Positions 24,401 through 37,728 of a DNA stretch of 64,000 nt are shown in pieces. Both the position numbers and the translations under genes were made by a program. Under the pieces are notes generated by a model that worked only from the letters and a program-made list of their open reading frames with translations, did no database searches and had not been told where the DNA came from. Source of the stretch: Selaginella moellendorffii. Taxonomy: Eukaryota > Plantae > Lycopodiophyta. Numbering within the stretch: the first letter of the stretch is position 1; every line of letters begins with the position of its first letter. The stretch covers positions 145,715 to 209,714 of the forward strand of contig NW_003314419.1 in the NCBI RefSeq assembly GCF_000143415.4, in the 5' to 3' direction.

Positions 24401-26658
24401 CATTAACAAACACAAACTAAATGACCACTCAAATCCAACTCAACCGCAATAAGCTCACTAACACATCTAGTCAATAGCTTTAAGCATGCTTTGAAGAGGC
24501 TAGCTATACATGACCAACACTTACTCGAAACTAAAGTGAAGACCACGAGATGGACTCATATCAGTACACAACCTCCACTTAAACAAAGCTATAGTATGGG
24601 TACCAACATCTCAACTACAAACAACTAAGTTGGACATCACCATCCTCAGCCAAGGTGCAGGGCCACCAAAACCAAGTCAAGATCAGTGAGAGCTCACTAC
24701 TCTCATAGAGTCTAATGAAATGCAAGGTGCAACCTGCCACCAAGAAAAACGCTACATAAGAAAGGCACAAGGGTCACCCTTCTTAAAAAACTGCAACAGC
24801 CACTTTTCTACACCAACTCTAGACTCTATTCAACTCAATTGCCTTAGCCCCAAAAGTTAGCATCCCTTTCGGGTCGCATCATACAAACTACCTACCAAGG
24901 TCTAATCTAACCAAAGTCAACTCCAACCCTTTCATTAGTTTGTATTGGCTTAAAAAAACGGAAAGGTTTTTGGACAAAGTGATCAATAGATCAGCCATTG
25001 GAAAAACTTAAGAAAATTTGTGGAAAATTTTCCATCCTAGACAAAGAATGACTCTCAATCCAGGAATGCAAACTCTCAAGACTCAACCAACTTCCTTCTA
25101 CCAACAACTTCACATAGGTTCACTTCAACACTAATTCTCATGACCCATGCTTAAGCATCGAACATCTTTGCCTATACTTCCGACATCCAACACTGATTTT
25201 CGCAAAAATGCAAAATGAACATCCAAGGCTTGATCCCGAAGACCTGAATATCCACATTGTACTAACACTCTTCTTTAATCAACTTCAAGATACAATGTAA
25301 AGCTAAAACACTAACAAGAAAAATGACATGGAAAATCAAGTTTTAAGGAAAATTCCTCATCACTCAAATCACAATGCTACTTCCACTAACACAAGTGCTA
25401 GCAATGTTAATGCTTTAACTACACACCTTCTCCATCCAACAATCTACTTCAAGTGCTTAATGGATCAATCGATAAGCTATAGCAAATGAATGCTACAACC
25501 TTTTTCAACACTTTAATGGGCAAACTCAAGAAACTAAGGAACCAACTTAAGCTTAGCATAATGGACCACCATTGAGAATCCAGTCAAAGCTACTACAATG
25601 TTACTACGTGCAAGTAGACTAGCTTCACCATCTACCACTTTGGGGTTGATCGTCGTTTAACCAAGCAACTTTGTAACCATATTGCTCATTATCACATGGA
25701 TATGACATAAAAATCACAATGACTTGATCATCAATTAAGCAACACTATGAGCAATGCCAATATCATTACTTTAAATATTTATGTGAGTATCAAGTGTCAA
25801 CTCGATTCGACAAAATGCAACATAAATGCCACACTCCACCGATAGAGACTTACAACACTGAACACCACTAACTTTTGTTCACAACACGGACAAGCTCATG
25901 CCACTCTCTTTCCAACCAAACTCAATACTAATCCAACACCAAACTACTTAAGGAGCAATATCAAGGTTCCCCGGAAAAGAATTGAGCATTGCAACCCAAG
26001 TCTTCCAATAGCAAGTTTAGACAAGATGGTTTAGCGCTTCACCGCTATTCATCCCACAACTCACCATTTGTAAGACCATCATCTCCAAGATGCATCAAGG
26101 TAGGGTCTCTTGATTGCATAATATGAACACGAGCAATGAGTCACACATCGTTGCAAATCATCTCTCTAAGAAGAGAAGATGATTTACGTATTTGATCCTT
26201 CATCCCTGATGACTCTCTTTTCGGTCTCATCTCATTCCGTAGATATGCCAAATGAGCAAATCTAGACACTTTTTATAAATAGCATTTGGGACCGAAATGA
26301 GACTAACACAAAGGGCATGATAATGAGGGTGTTTGGCAGACACGGTAAGCCATTATGTAGCAAATATTGAGGGACTAATCTCAATATCGCGGGGGTTCTT
26401 GATACTAACAAGTGCAAGCCAATGACAGGAGTTTCTCAAATCAGGCCGAGTATGCTCAACAAGAAACACATAGGGTTCCTACCTTATGTTTGTCCGATCT
26501 AAGTACATAGTTATTAACCAGTTTCTCAACTAGCTCAAGTGGGAAACTGATAACGGGTCTAGCAATACCGACCTCCTGCCATCGTGGCAGTAAGGTAAGA
26601 GTGTCCGTAAGGACTAGCCGACAGATAATTTTTGATACTCGAAGTCACATTCACGACA
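21466..26658 (-). mobile_element. Older LTR element family A (degenerate)
   Basis: LTR-like segments end in ...GTCACATTCRCGACA at 22227 and 26658. On the minus strand a gypsy-type GAGGACGTCGA...AGCGGGGGAGAG|TGT PPT junction lies at 22228-22262. The interior is decayed and the left LTR boundary is uncertain. Confidence 0.65.
22474..22668 (+). mobile_element. Solo LTR of the Cassandra-like TRIM
   Basis: TGTAAGC...GCTTACA termini, perfect 5-bp TSD TCACC, and 5S-like core GGTTAAGCGT...AGTACTGAGCTGGGTGACCTCTTGGGAAGTCC. Confidence 0.9.
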
Positions 26659-29600
26659 GCATGGTATCATTAAATACCATGAATCTAAGCAGTAAGAAAG
26701 CTAAGAATGCAGCTAGGAGCATGAAAGTTGGGGTAAAGAACTTGTTTCAAATGGCAAGAGCATGAATGGATATTCAAGATTTGTGCTTGAGATTGAGCAC
26801 TTGCCATGTAGTCATGTCCTCCATGGGGAAGGACATGGCTACACTCTAACTGTTAAAACTATTTTCTACACTAAGAAGCCTTTATGATACTTTTGGCGGT
26901 ATGGCATAGACCAATTGTGCTCCATAGAAGGTGCAAGTCCTCCATCAGCTCTAGGCAAAACTTCCTTAAGGATCTAGGGCTATTGGAATTATGGACTAGG
27001 TTTCTTTCTTTCTTTGCCAAAGCTTTAAAGTTATTTTTAATGTGGAGAAGCCCAGCAAATCTTCAGATAAGGAAAGAGAGGTGATATAAGCATAAGCTAA
27101 ACTACTTCATTAAGGTGGTATACTCAAGACAGTATCTAACACTGCTTCCTTTGAAGCTTTTGAGTCCAGTCAACATCTTGTACAGCCCTTGAGGCCACCT
27201 TCTTTAACTTCGCAGTGGAAGTGTATTTGAGCCATTGCTGTGCTAGAGTTTATTCCTCCAATCTGGGTGTTCTTCTATCAACTTTCTCAAAAGTATCCAC
27301 TTTTGTTTCAGAATTAGAGGTAAATTCACTAAAGGCTTGAAGTGTCCACTATTTACTGTTGAGAGTAGAGGCAAATTCACCTAGGGCCTCAAGGCTGCAA
27401 TGCTTGCTTGGCTTCAATCAAAACTTGTCTGGGTAAGCTATGATAATTTAAATATGTTAAATCTATTAACCACTGAAGTAATACAAGTTCAGGAAATATT
27501 ATTAGAACCTAAAAAATGAATAAATATTAATTCACTGAATCATTAAAGTATATTCTTACTTCAGAAAACTAATTTACATTTACAGAATACTATATCTACC
27601 TCCCATCAGGTCTTGGATCCCTGATTTGTTTTTCTGCTGGGATTCCTGCTAATATTTATTTAATATTTTCATTTATTTTTAAATAATTACAAATTAAAAG
27701 CACATTAATTATTTTTAAACTTGATTTCTCTTATAAAAGGCTTTGTGGTTATTATTACTCTTATAGATTTTATAGATGCTCATGATAAATCTTAGTAGCA
27801 TATAATATACACTAATTTATTCTATGTTGCACTATTAGATATAGCTTTTCTATCCCAATAAAGTGTTTTCAAAGACTTATTTTGGTCTAGGCCAGTGGAG
27901 CTGGATTCCTTGCTTGTATACCTTAAATCATTTTCCTTTGTTACATTGTGCAACAAGATTCAGCAAGCTGGGTTGTGCTGCAGCATGAAGTGCATGTGTT
28001 CTTTAGTCATCATGTACCTGTAAAGCTCAGGAGCTCACATATTATCAAAAAGTTATAGGGTCATGCTCTGTCCAAGTTTTCTCACCTTTAAATAATGGTT
28101 GAGCAGCGTTGTGGTCCATGATTAAATCCTTCTATAGGCTTTCTTTTGTTAGTGAAGCATTCATCTGTGTGCAAAGTTGGGATGCAAGCACCTAAAATGA
28201 AAAGGTTGGGTTTTTAATTGGTTTCAGATGATGGAAGGCCAAGTTTACCTTGCCAAGTTCCACACTCCATTGATCAAAGGAGTTGATTCCCCAGATACCA
28301 TGACCTAGTGCTCATACAATGCTAGAAGCTGGCCAACTATGTATGGCTTTAGAGTTGGTAGCAGTATGCTCAAGGCTGGACGGTTGTCGATGAATTTTTG
28401 CAAGCTTTCACCTAGCATGCTAGGTAACTATAGAGCAGCAAGGAAAGAACTTTGAGGAACTTACTTTGTGAGGAATCAAATAATCTGGGACACCTTCCGC
28501 TTGAAGTTCCTTGAGGATCTGAAGAAAGAAACATTTAGACAGTGAAAGAATACGAGAGATTCCTTACTGACCCTACCATAAGCCAACATGTCTGCTTGGG
28601 GTAAAAAAGTACACAAGTTTGTGCCAAACCAGATGCCAAATTCTGAATTATAGTCTTGTGTGAGAGGAAAAACAAGGAGAGAACTAACAGCTCTAACCAT
28701 TCATCTGCTCAATTCTCACAACCTGGCGGGATGCTAGCATCAACACCCATTGCTTCGCACCGCTTGTAATACCTATTTATTTATAAATAGCCATACATTC
28801 TTTGAAAGATATTTGCTTTAATTAGTGAAATAGCAAATGAAATCTATTTAGCCAATGTCAATCTTGGTAAATAGCAAATAAAAACTACACAAACCTCTTA
28901 ACTTATTTTGAAGAAGTACATCTTTGAGTACCAAACCATAGTTTACTTTCTTGGCCAAGCAAATTCACTACTGAGACAATAAAAAAAACTACTGTACTCT
29001 CCAACAAGCCTAGGATTTCTATATAGCTCTTCCAATGATAACCCAACTGTTAGGCACTAGCTTTAACCATATGGTCAACATCAGTCAAAGGGAAGCTCAA
29101 GGGTACATTAAAGCATGTTAGGTTAAAGAACTCAACCTACCCTAGGGCTCACGGTGGAGTGGTAGCATAATGGAACTTTTGAGGTAGCTCGGGGGTGGTT
29201 GGGTGGTGAGGAACCTCAAGAGGAGGCATAGCATAGTCTAGAGAGACTAGATCTTTACCTTTTTGCACTAGATCATAATATTGGTATTAGAGAAGATGGT
29301 TGTGATGGCCCACCAAGTTGAATGCTAGAATCCTATTGTTGATGGTGGTGCTAATGATAGTGTTGATGAAGCTATGGAGGTTTGGACTATTCAAGATATT
29401 ATTCTTGTGAGCTTTAAATCAAAATTAGCAAGAGATGCAAGACAAGATGTTTGGCATGATGGACACCATGCATGAGTGTGTTGAGGCACTCAAAACTAAA
29501 TATAGTGGCACTCCAAGTAAGCATTCCTTGGTAGATCAACTCAAAATTCCAACCTTTTCTAGTGATGGTGGTGTGAACGAATGTTTAGCTTGGCTAACCA

Positions 29601-30270
29601 ATGTGAAGAAGTTCTTGGCTATTAAGGGAACTTCAAATGTAAAGGCTTTAATAGCTATTCCAATGATTTTGTGTGATACTAGTCTTCAATGGTGGAATTG
29701 GCTTGAGGAGTTTCGTGTTGTGGATAAGAAACCACCAGTGTTTACCATAGATGAGTTTGAGGCTGCTTTTCATTTACATTTTTCCCCTCACTATAACATA
29801 AATGCTCGCATAGAACTTTAACATTTTCAACAAGGGAAAATAACTCTTGGGGACTATATTGAGAAGTTTATTAGCTTGATTAGCTGTGTTCCCACAAGGG
29901 ATCCAGATCAAAACAAGTCTTACTTCATTGATGGTCTTCATAGTGAGAGCATGCAATAACACTTGTGTCATTCTCAGCCTACAAAGAGTTTGGAGGAGCT
30001 CTTTGATGTGGCTTGTCGACTTGATAATGACAAGCACAAGTCTCACAAGCATTCCAGGAGTCCTTCTATCGAGAATCATCGTGATGATCACTATGGACAC
30101 AAGGATGGGAACAAGCATCACAAGCTAAAGTATGTGGTAACTACTTTGGATGTAAAGGGGTCAAAGAAGCAAAAGTTCTTTATGAAGAATTATAGACAAG
30201 GTTATTATCATTGTGGCAGACTTGGACACTACAAGATTGATTATTCACAGTTGAAGAACAAGTAGCAGGG

Positions 30271-31329
30271 TGTAAGCGACTAATTTTTCCATTATACTTT
30301 AGTCACTTAACTGCACCTCCGACCACTTGGAGGAGTCTCATTCAAAACCTCCATAAGTCCCATTCAGAACTTGGGGCTTGCTAGCCCCGCGAATGGCATC
30401 CACGCCACTCAACTTTTGCACTTGGTCCAAGTGCTCCACGTGTCCGATCCCATGACCGACACCCCAAGGTACCACTGACATACCAGCCTGTTACGCTAGG
30501 CCATGCCCATTCACCTTGGTCACATCAGTGGTCTAACACCACCTGCGTTACAATTCCATCTCTCAAAAACTAGGCCATCCATCCATGAGTGGCTATCCTA
30601 GATCCACTCCATAACATCCTCAAGATGCCTGCAGACATGGGGAATAACCTTCCCCAATGTCTCCTTTCCGGTCCCCACCAAGTCCCTTCCTGTCCATGGC
30701 CGTGTTCACCAACACTGCCACTGGATCAAAGCCCATAGGCCCGACTACTAAGTCCAACTGTCCTCTAGGACTTCCTCACTATGTGACTGTGTCCCTTGTC
30801 ACCACACTAGAAGGCTACTCCTCTTCCTTTCCACAGTCTGGGACTTTGGGGCAACATTTCGGAACACCGTGGCCCTACACGGGCCTCGTAGGTACTCTCC
30901 TCGCCTTCTGCCTTTGGGTGCTGTAGCCATGGGCTTAAAGCAAGGTTCTGTTGAGCCATACCAGGTATCCAAGTAGGTAGTGCCACCCACACTTGGATTG
31001 GGAGCATCGGCCAGTCGATCTCCCGGGGAAACTAGAGCCGGCTCTTGAACACTTCACCAAGCTACCCCGCTTGTTGGTCCGTATTCACTCTAGTCTTGGA
31101 CTTCTCAGTGGTCAGTTCATCACCCAACACTGGGTCTGGCCTTCCTGGGCCAAACTGGCCTTTTTTAGCCAAATTGGCTCCACTGCAATCCTCCCCCTTA
31201 CTATACTTTTGGAGCTCACCAAAACCCTAGGGTCTAGGAGACAAACACTTTGGGCTTTCACCCTCTCAGACTCAAACTCGGAGTCGGAGTCGGACTCGGA
31301 CTCAGCCTCGGCCTCGGTCTCGGTCCCGA

Positions 31330-31364
<35 letters not shown>

Positions 31365-34300
31365 ACCTCGGACTCCATCTCGGGTCCTTCTCAAACTCCA
31401 TCTCGGATTCCATCTTGGGTCCATCTCGGACTCCGTCTCAGTCCATCTCAGACTCCATCTCGGACTCCATCTCGGGTCCATCTTGGACTCCATCTCAGAC
31501 TCCATCTCGGTCCATCTTGGACACCACCTCGGACTCCACCTCGAACTCCAACTCGGGTCCATCTCGGACTCCAACTTGGGTTCATCTCGAACTCCATCTC
31601 AGACTCCACCTCGGACTCCAACTCGGGTCTATCTCGGACTCCATCTCGGAGTCCACCTCATGTCATGTGTTGGTCCTTTTGGGTCCCTTTTTGGAGCCTC
31701 GCTTATTGCTCGCTTCATGCTCGTTCCTTGAGCACTCTGTTGGGAGTTCCACTCCCGCTCTCAACCTTTCAAGTCAGAGCCTTTTAGTCCAAACGTGTTA
31801 CGCTCGTTTGGCTTTTGCTTCGCCACTACCACGTGGCACCCTTTTGGCTCCACTTTGTGGCTTAGGGATTTGTGTCTCACAACTCCACCACCCATAGACG
31901 AAGTTCAATGTCCTCATTGAACAGTAAACCCTTTTATAAAGTAACACCCGCAGGTATTATCATTTCCATCCTTGGCACCCAGCTAATATTTGTCTATTGT
32001 TTGACCCTGAAGGCTCACCATACCTTGTCCGTCCTCTAAGGGGTATAGTCTCTCCAACATAAAGACTTATTTGGCCACCTGGGGTGGTTTGCTTTCTTTT
32101 ATTGGTTCAGTTCTCGCTAAATCCGTTAGAAACACCTTCTCTAACTCAATTCCACTACTCATTCTCGAGTAGCCCCAACTTCTATTGACATAACCAATTC
32201 ACCTTGGAACTTTTAATTTTGACTTCTCGAAGTCAATTTTTTTGGTGTCTTTGACACCTTTCACTACACATATTGTGCAACTTCACTTCCCATCTTAGGA
32301 AGCTCCCCACTTGAGGGTGCCATTGTCCTCTTTTCTATTTTATGCCACTTTTGGCACTAAGTTCCAGCCATCATAAGTTGTGCTAGAGCTATCCACGGCC
32401 CTATCCTTTGGCTACTTCGCCGCTCCCTCCCTTGGAGCTTTCACCTTTGCCAAATTAGAGCATTTGGGAATCCATCCTTGGAAGCACACTTCCTTTCTCA
32501 TAATCCGTTAGCATCCAACACATTAGTGTTCCATGCCTAACTTTGCCATTTGGATTCCTTCCAATGAACTCCATGGCCCACACTTGGCCACTAGTCTTTT
32601 GCTTTTATCCATTAATTGTTGCACTAAGCAACATAGGATCACTACCTCCATTCTCGAAGTATCCTTTTAGTTCCATGGCAAAGGCTCTACTTTGCTAAGT
32701 CCAGCAGGTGCTCACCCTTAGTAGGTCTCTTTAGCAATTTTTGTTATGGGCTTCGTCCACAGCCCAACTTTGCAACCCTTCCATGGATCAACACTCGGGA
32801 ACCACTTCCCCAACCTTGATAGCGTCGCCTCATGGGCAGCTTCAAGACCACGCTTCTGTTGCGCTACTCTGATTTCGCGCATTCTAGGAACCATTTATAG
32901 AGAGTCTAAAATATGGAATCGTCCATGTTAGACTATATGGCAACTAGAAAGCTTGCGAAAAGGGAGGCCTTAGCAAGCTAAGGGACAGAGTTCGTTCAAA
33001 GTTCCCAAAGACGATTCTAGGTAGCTAAGTACCTAGAAAGCCAAGCGTAACATCACGGTTGCTAGCAACAACACCCTTGAGCCCCCACTTAATTCTCCAC
33101 TCCCAACTGACATAACCACCCTTGGTTATGCCTTTCGATTCCTATAGTTTAGTTCTATCCCCTTACTACTTGCTTTTGGCTTCACACCTTTCCTTCGGTC
33201 ATTCTCCTCCAGACTAGGAAGATAGCTTTGCACTTTCTATCATGCCTTCGCAAATATTCTTAAGGATGAACTGACCCGATAGCCTAGGGAGTGGTTCCTC
33301 AATCCAGGTATGCTCACCTTATAATCCCACACACTGGGATTAATGTTGTTTCTTATAGGCCCTTACATGCCCATCACTAGCCTTGCCAAAATTCCATTTT
33401 TGGCTTTGTCCAATTTGGGTAGATAGTCTTCTCCTGTCTCCGCAACCTTGGACATTTGGATAGCACCTTCTATCCATCATTCGCTAGGAACTTAGTCCCT
33501 TGGGCTTTATCTATTGCACTCGCGACATCAAACACCACCTCCTAGTGTTCTAGAGTGTTTGGATGTCCCAAATGATGGCTTCTTTGACAATGAGCATTCC
33601 CTTTTACGACATTGACTTACTATATTGCAACATAAGCAATTTATCCCCCATAAGGGTATATCTAATTTCCTTATGCCATTAAGAAGTCTCAGGTAGCTAC
33701 CTTCTACCAGTTAAACCTATTATTTTGCACCTTTTGCTTAATTGCCTCATAGTTGTTAAGTCTTACAACTCATTGCTGGTGCTTTCACACCTCCATCATT
33801 GTTTTGGTCACCACACTCTACCACATGCCTTCCAGCTTAAGCTATGCCATTCCCATTTCCATTAGGATTCCCTTGGCAAGGGGTTCTTATGAACCCACCA
33901 ACATAACCTCAAGGTATTACACCTTGGCACATTTGGTGTCGTCTCCACACCATTGGCCCTGCGAACCTATCCTTATGACATTACTTATTAGTGTCTAGGT
34001 CTTTGCCAAGACCAATATAGTTATTCCTCATGCTAACTATCCATTAGCACAGCACCATAGTGTTTGCACCCAACTCTGTGCCAAAGTTGTTTTCTTCTGG
34101 GAACATCTTTCCCACAACTTTAGTATGGCACATTCTACCATCAATGAGATACCTACTGTTCTCATACTTAGATCTTATGATCCTCCCCATACTTCATGGG
34201 GCACCATACACCTGAGTCCAAATGCTTCAACCAATTCCTTAGGACCATTCCCTGACTCCACTTAAGTTATCCAGCATTTTAGACTTTGCTAATCCAACAA

Positions 34301-36501
34301 CCTGCAAGGTCTTAGTCTTCGAGGTGCCAACTCGCTGGAATACAACTTCTTGTATTCATGTCCTACCCACAAGGACAATCTTTGCAAGTGTTACTCCAAC
34401 ACTTGATGATTTTCTTGGGGTTAACCTTTGCCCCTTATGACCACTTGTCCATGTGATGAGAATAGCAACTCATCTTTAAATACACCCCCAACTCCTTGGG
34501 TTGTTCCAGCATTTATTAGAGGTAGGCCCGACTACCATTTCAAGGACCAGTGTCCTCTTTTGTGTTTGACCTCCCACAGTCACCAATTCCGGTCTCAAAT
34601 TTATGAGTACCAGCCTCAATTATATAAGGGTAATCTTGTGACTCCTTTATTGTTTTGGAGTCCACATCTCTCCCGTGATCCCAACTGTAGTTGTTTACCA
34701 CAACTACATCAGCCAGTTTGCTAAGTCAAACGCTCATTTGGATCACATCCTCAACTCTCTAAGGAAACCCTTATACTGTTCCCAAGATCCCAAAGTCGTT
34801 CCCTTACTGGCCATTTTCTATCCACCACATCGCGCCCAAGTTCACCCATGAACTTGAGTGTAGAGCCATGTCCTCTCGACATGCTACTCCTCGAAGATAG
34901 GTCCATATCTAGGACCTTCCAACTCCAATACAAGTGGTGATATGCTTGGCCACCAATAAGAGTCAGACTAAGGAACAGCTCCAATACCAAGTTGTAAGTG
35001 ACTAATTTTTCCATTATACTTTAGTCACTTAACCGCACCTCCGACCACTTGGAGGAGTCTCATTCACAACCTCCATAAGTCTCATTCAGAACTTGGGGCT
35101 TGCTAGCCCCGTGAATGGCATCCACGCCACTCAACTTTTGCACTTGGTCCAAGTGCTCCACTGACATACCAACCCATTACGCAAGGCCATGCCCATTCAC
35201 CTTGGTCACATCGGTGGTCCAACACCACCTGTGTTACAATTCCGTCTCTTAAAGACTAGGCCATCCATCCATGAGTGGCTATCCCAAATCCACTCCATAA
35301 TATCCTCAAGATGCCTGCAGACATGGGGAATAACTTTCCCCAATGTCTCCTTTCCGGTCCCCATCAAGTCCCTTCCTATCTATGGCCGTGTTCACCAACA
35401 TTGCCACTGGATCAAGGCCAATAGGCCCAACCACTAAGTCCAACTGTCCTCTAGGACTTCCTCACTATGTGACTATGTCCCTTGTCACCACACTAGAGGG
35501 CTACTCCTCTTCCTTTCCACAGTCTGGGACTTTGGGGCAACATTTTGGAACACCGTGGCCCTACGCGGGCCTCGTGGGTACTCTCCTCGCCTTCTGCCTT
35601 TGGGTGTTGTAGCCATGGGCTTAGAGCGAGGTTCCGTTGAGCCATACCAGGTATCCAAGTAGGTAGTGCCACCCACACTTAGAAAGGGAGCATCGGCCAG
35701 TCGATCTCCTGGGGGAACTAGAGCCGGCTCTTGAACACTTCACCAAGCTACCCCTCTTGTTGGTCCATATTCACTTTAGTCTTGGACTTCCCAGTGGTCA
35801 GTTCATCACCCAACACTGGGTCTGGCCTTCCTGGGCCAAACTGGCCTTTCCTGGCCAAACTGGCTCCACTGCAATCCTCCCCCTTACTATACTTTTGGAG
35901 TTCACCAAACCCCCCAGGGTCTGGGAGATGAACGTTTTGGGCTTTCACCCTCTCAGACTCGAACTCGGACTCGGACTCGGACTCGGACTCGGACTCGGCC
36001 TCGGCCTCGGTCTCGGCCTCGGTCTCGGTCCCGATCTCGGTCTTAGTCTCAGTCTTGGTCTCAGTCTCGGTCCTGGTCTCGGTCTCGACCTCGAACTCCA
36101 TCTCGGGTCCTTCTCGGACTCCATCTCGGACTCCATCTCGGTCCATCTCGGACTCCACCTCAGACTCGAACTCGGGTCCATCTCGGACTCCAACTCAGGT
36201 TCATCTCGGACTCCATCTCGGACTCCACCTCGGACTCCAACTCGGGTCCATCTTGGACTCCATCTCAGAGTCCACCTCGTATCACGTGTTGGTCCTTTTG
36301 GGTCTCTTTTTGGAGCCTCACTTATTGCTCGCTTCATGCTCATTCTTTGAGCACTCTGTTGGGAGTTCCACTCCCGCTCTCAACCTTTCAAGTCGGAGCC
36401 TTTTAATCCAAACGTGTTACGCTCGTTTGGCTTTTGCTTTGGCCACTACTACGTGGCACCCTTTCAGCTCCACTTTGGGGCTTAGGGATTTGTGTCTCAT
36501 A
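30271..36501 (-). mobile_element. Long-LTR retrotransposon copy B2 (same family as B1), nested in the gag of gypsy element C
   Basis: LTRs at 30271-31881 and 34993-36501. TSD CAGGG at 30266-30270 and 36502-36506. PBS (rc) at ~34977-34989. The internal region is collinear with B1 but has a deletion. Confidence 0.92.
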
Positions 36502-37149
36502 CAGGGCAAAAAGAATGGCCAATCTTCTACTAATGGTAAGTCAGATACTAAGAACTTGCAGACTTTGCAATGTGAAGATGACGAGGATGACCATTCCAGT
36601 CAGAGGAAGAGGCTTTCGATCATTGCTCGTCAACTCAATTGTATGTGAAACAAGATGGATCTCAAGGACACTTGTGAATCAGCTTTAATATTGGAGGGCG
36701 TGTTCTATGGCAGTCTAGTGCAAATTTTACTGGATAGTGGGAGCAATGACAACTTTGTTACTACAATGTTCTTTTGTTACTATATGATAGCAAATTTTAT
36801 GTGAAGAAGAGCAAATGTGAGTTTGCAAAGTCAGAGGTGGAATATCTAGGTTATATTATGACATCTAAACGTGTCAAGACGGATCCAAGGAAAGTGGTTG
36901 TGGTGGAAAACTAGCCTACACCAACTTCACTGGTTAAGTTACTCACCTTCCTTGGTATGGTTAGTTACTACCGATGTTTCCAACATAAGTTTGCTATTCC
37001 TTTGACACAGTTGTTGCAGAAGAATGTGCCATTTGAGTGGAAAAAGCCACATGAAGAGAGTTTTATGGCATTGAAATGGTTGTTGAGTGAGACTTCAGTG
37101 CTTCGCATTGTTAATCCCTCAAAATCATATGAGGTGACATGTGATACAA

Positions 37150-37728
37150 TATAAACAACGAAAGGGACAACTTGAGAAATGATCTATAAGGGGAAAGGGC
37201 CCATAAACAAAAATGCACCCCTTTTTCCAATTGGTTAAGGGTCTTGGGATATTTAAAGTTAAGTGTCATTGGATTTAAATAGTACTAGGTTGGGTGACCT
37301 CCTGGGAAGTTTAAATTCAAGAGTTTATATTTGATATCAGAGAGGTCTCAAGTCTGACTCTATTAATTGGTTAAGGGAATCGCACCACATGTTGATTGAC
37401 ATCTGGCAAGTTTAATTTGCTCTAGCTGGTTTGACCCGAGGGGTAGGGTGTTAAGAGAGTGGGGCTCTCAAGAGAGCTATGGCTCTCAACTTCCATTTAC
37501 GAGGGCGTGAACTTGCAGAAAAGCATGATGGATTGTAAGTAACTAAAGGGAACAACTTGAGAGATGATCCATAGAAGTTTAAATATAAAGGAGAAGGGCC
37601 CATGAATAAGAGTGCACCCCCTTTTCCAATTGATTAACGGTTTTGGGATATTTGGGGTTAAACGTTATTGGGTTTGAATAGTACTATGTTAGATGACATT
37701 TCGGAAAGTCCAAATTCAGGAGCTTACA
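37150..37728 (+). mobile_element. Cassandra-like TRIM (LTRs carry a 5S rRNA-derived segment), inserted in the gypsy RNase H region
   Basis: LTRs at ~37150-37329 and 37534-37728, with PBS-like TTGATATCAGAG between them. The LTR contains AGTTAAG...AATAGTACTAGGTTGGGTGACCTCCTGGGAAGT, matching 5S rRNA boxes A-IE-C. It splits the 'TCDAS' codons of the host element. Confidence 0.85.

Noticed and set aside
26662-26669. TGGTATCA PBS-like motif after the family-A LTR, suggesting another retroelement
   Set aside because: I could not identify a matching LTR pair or a readable gag-pol.
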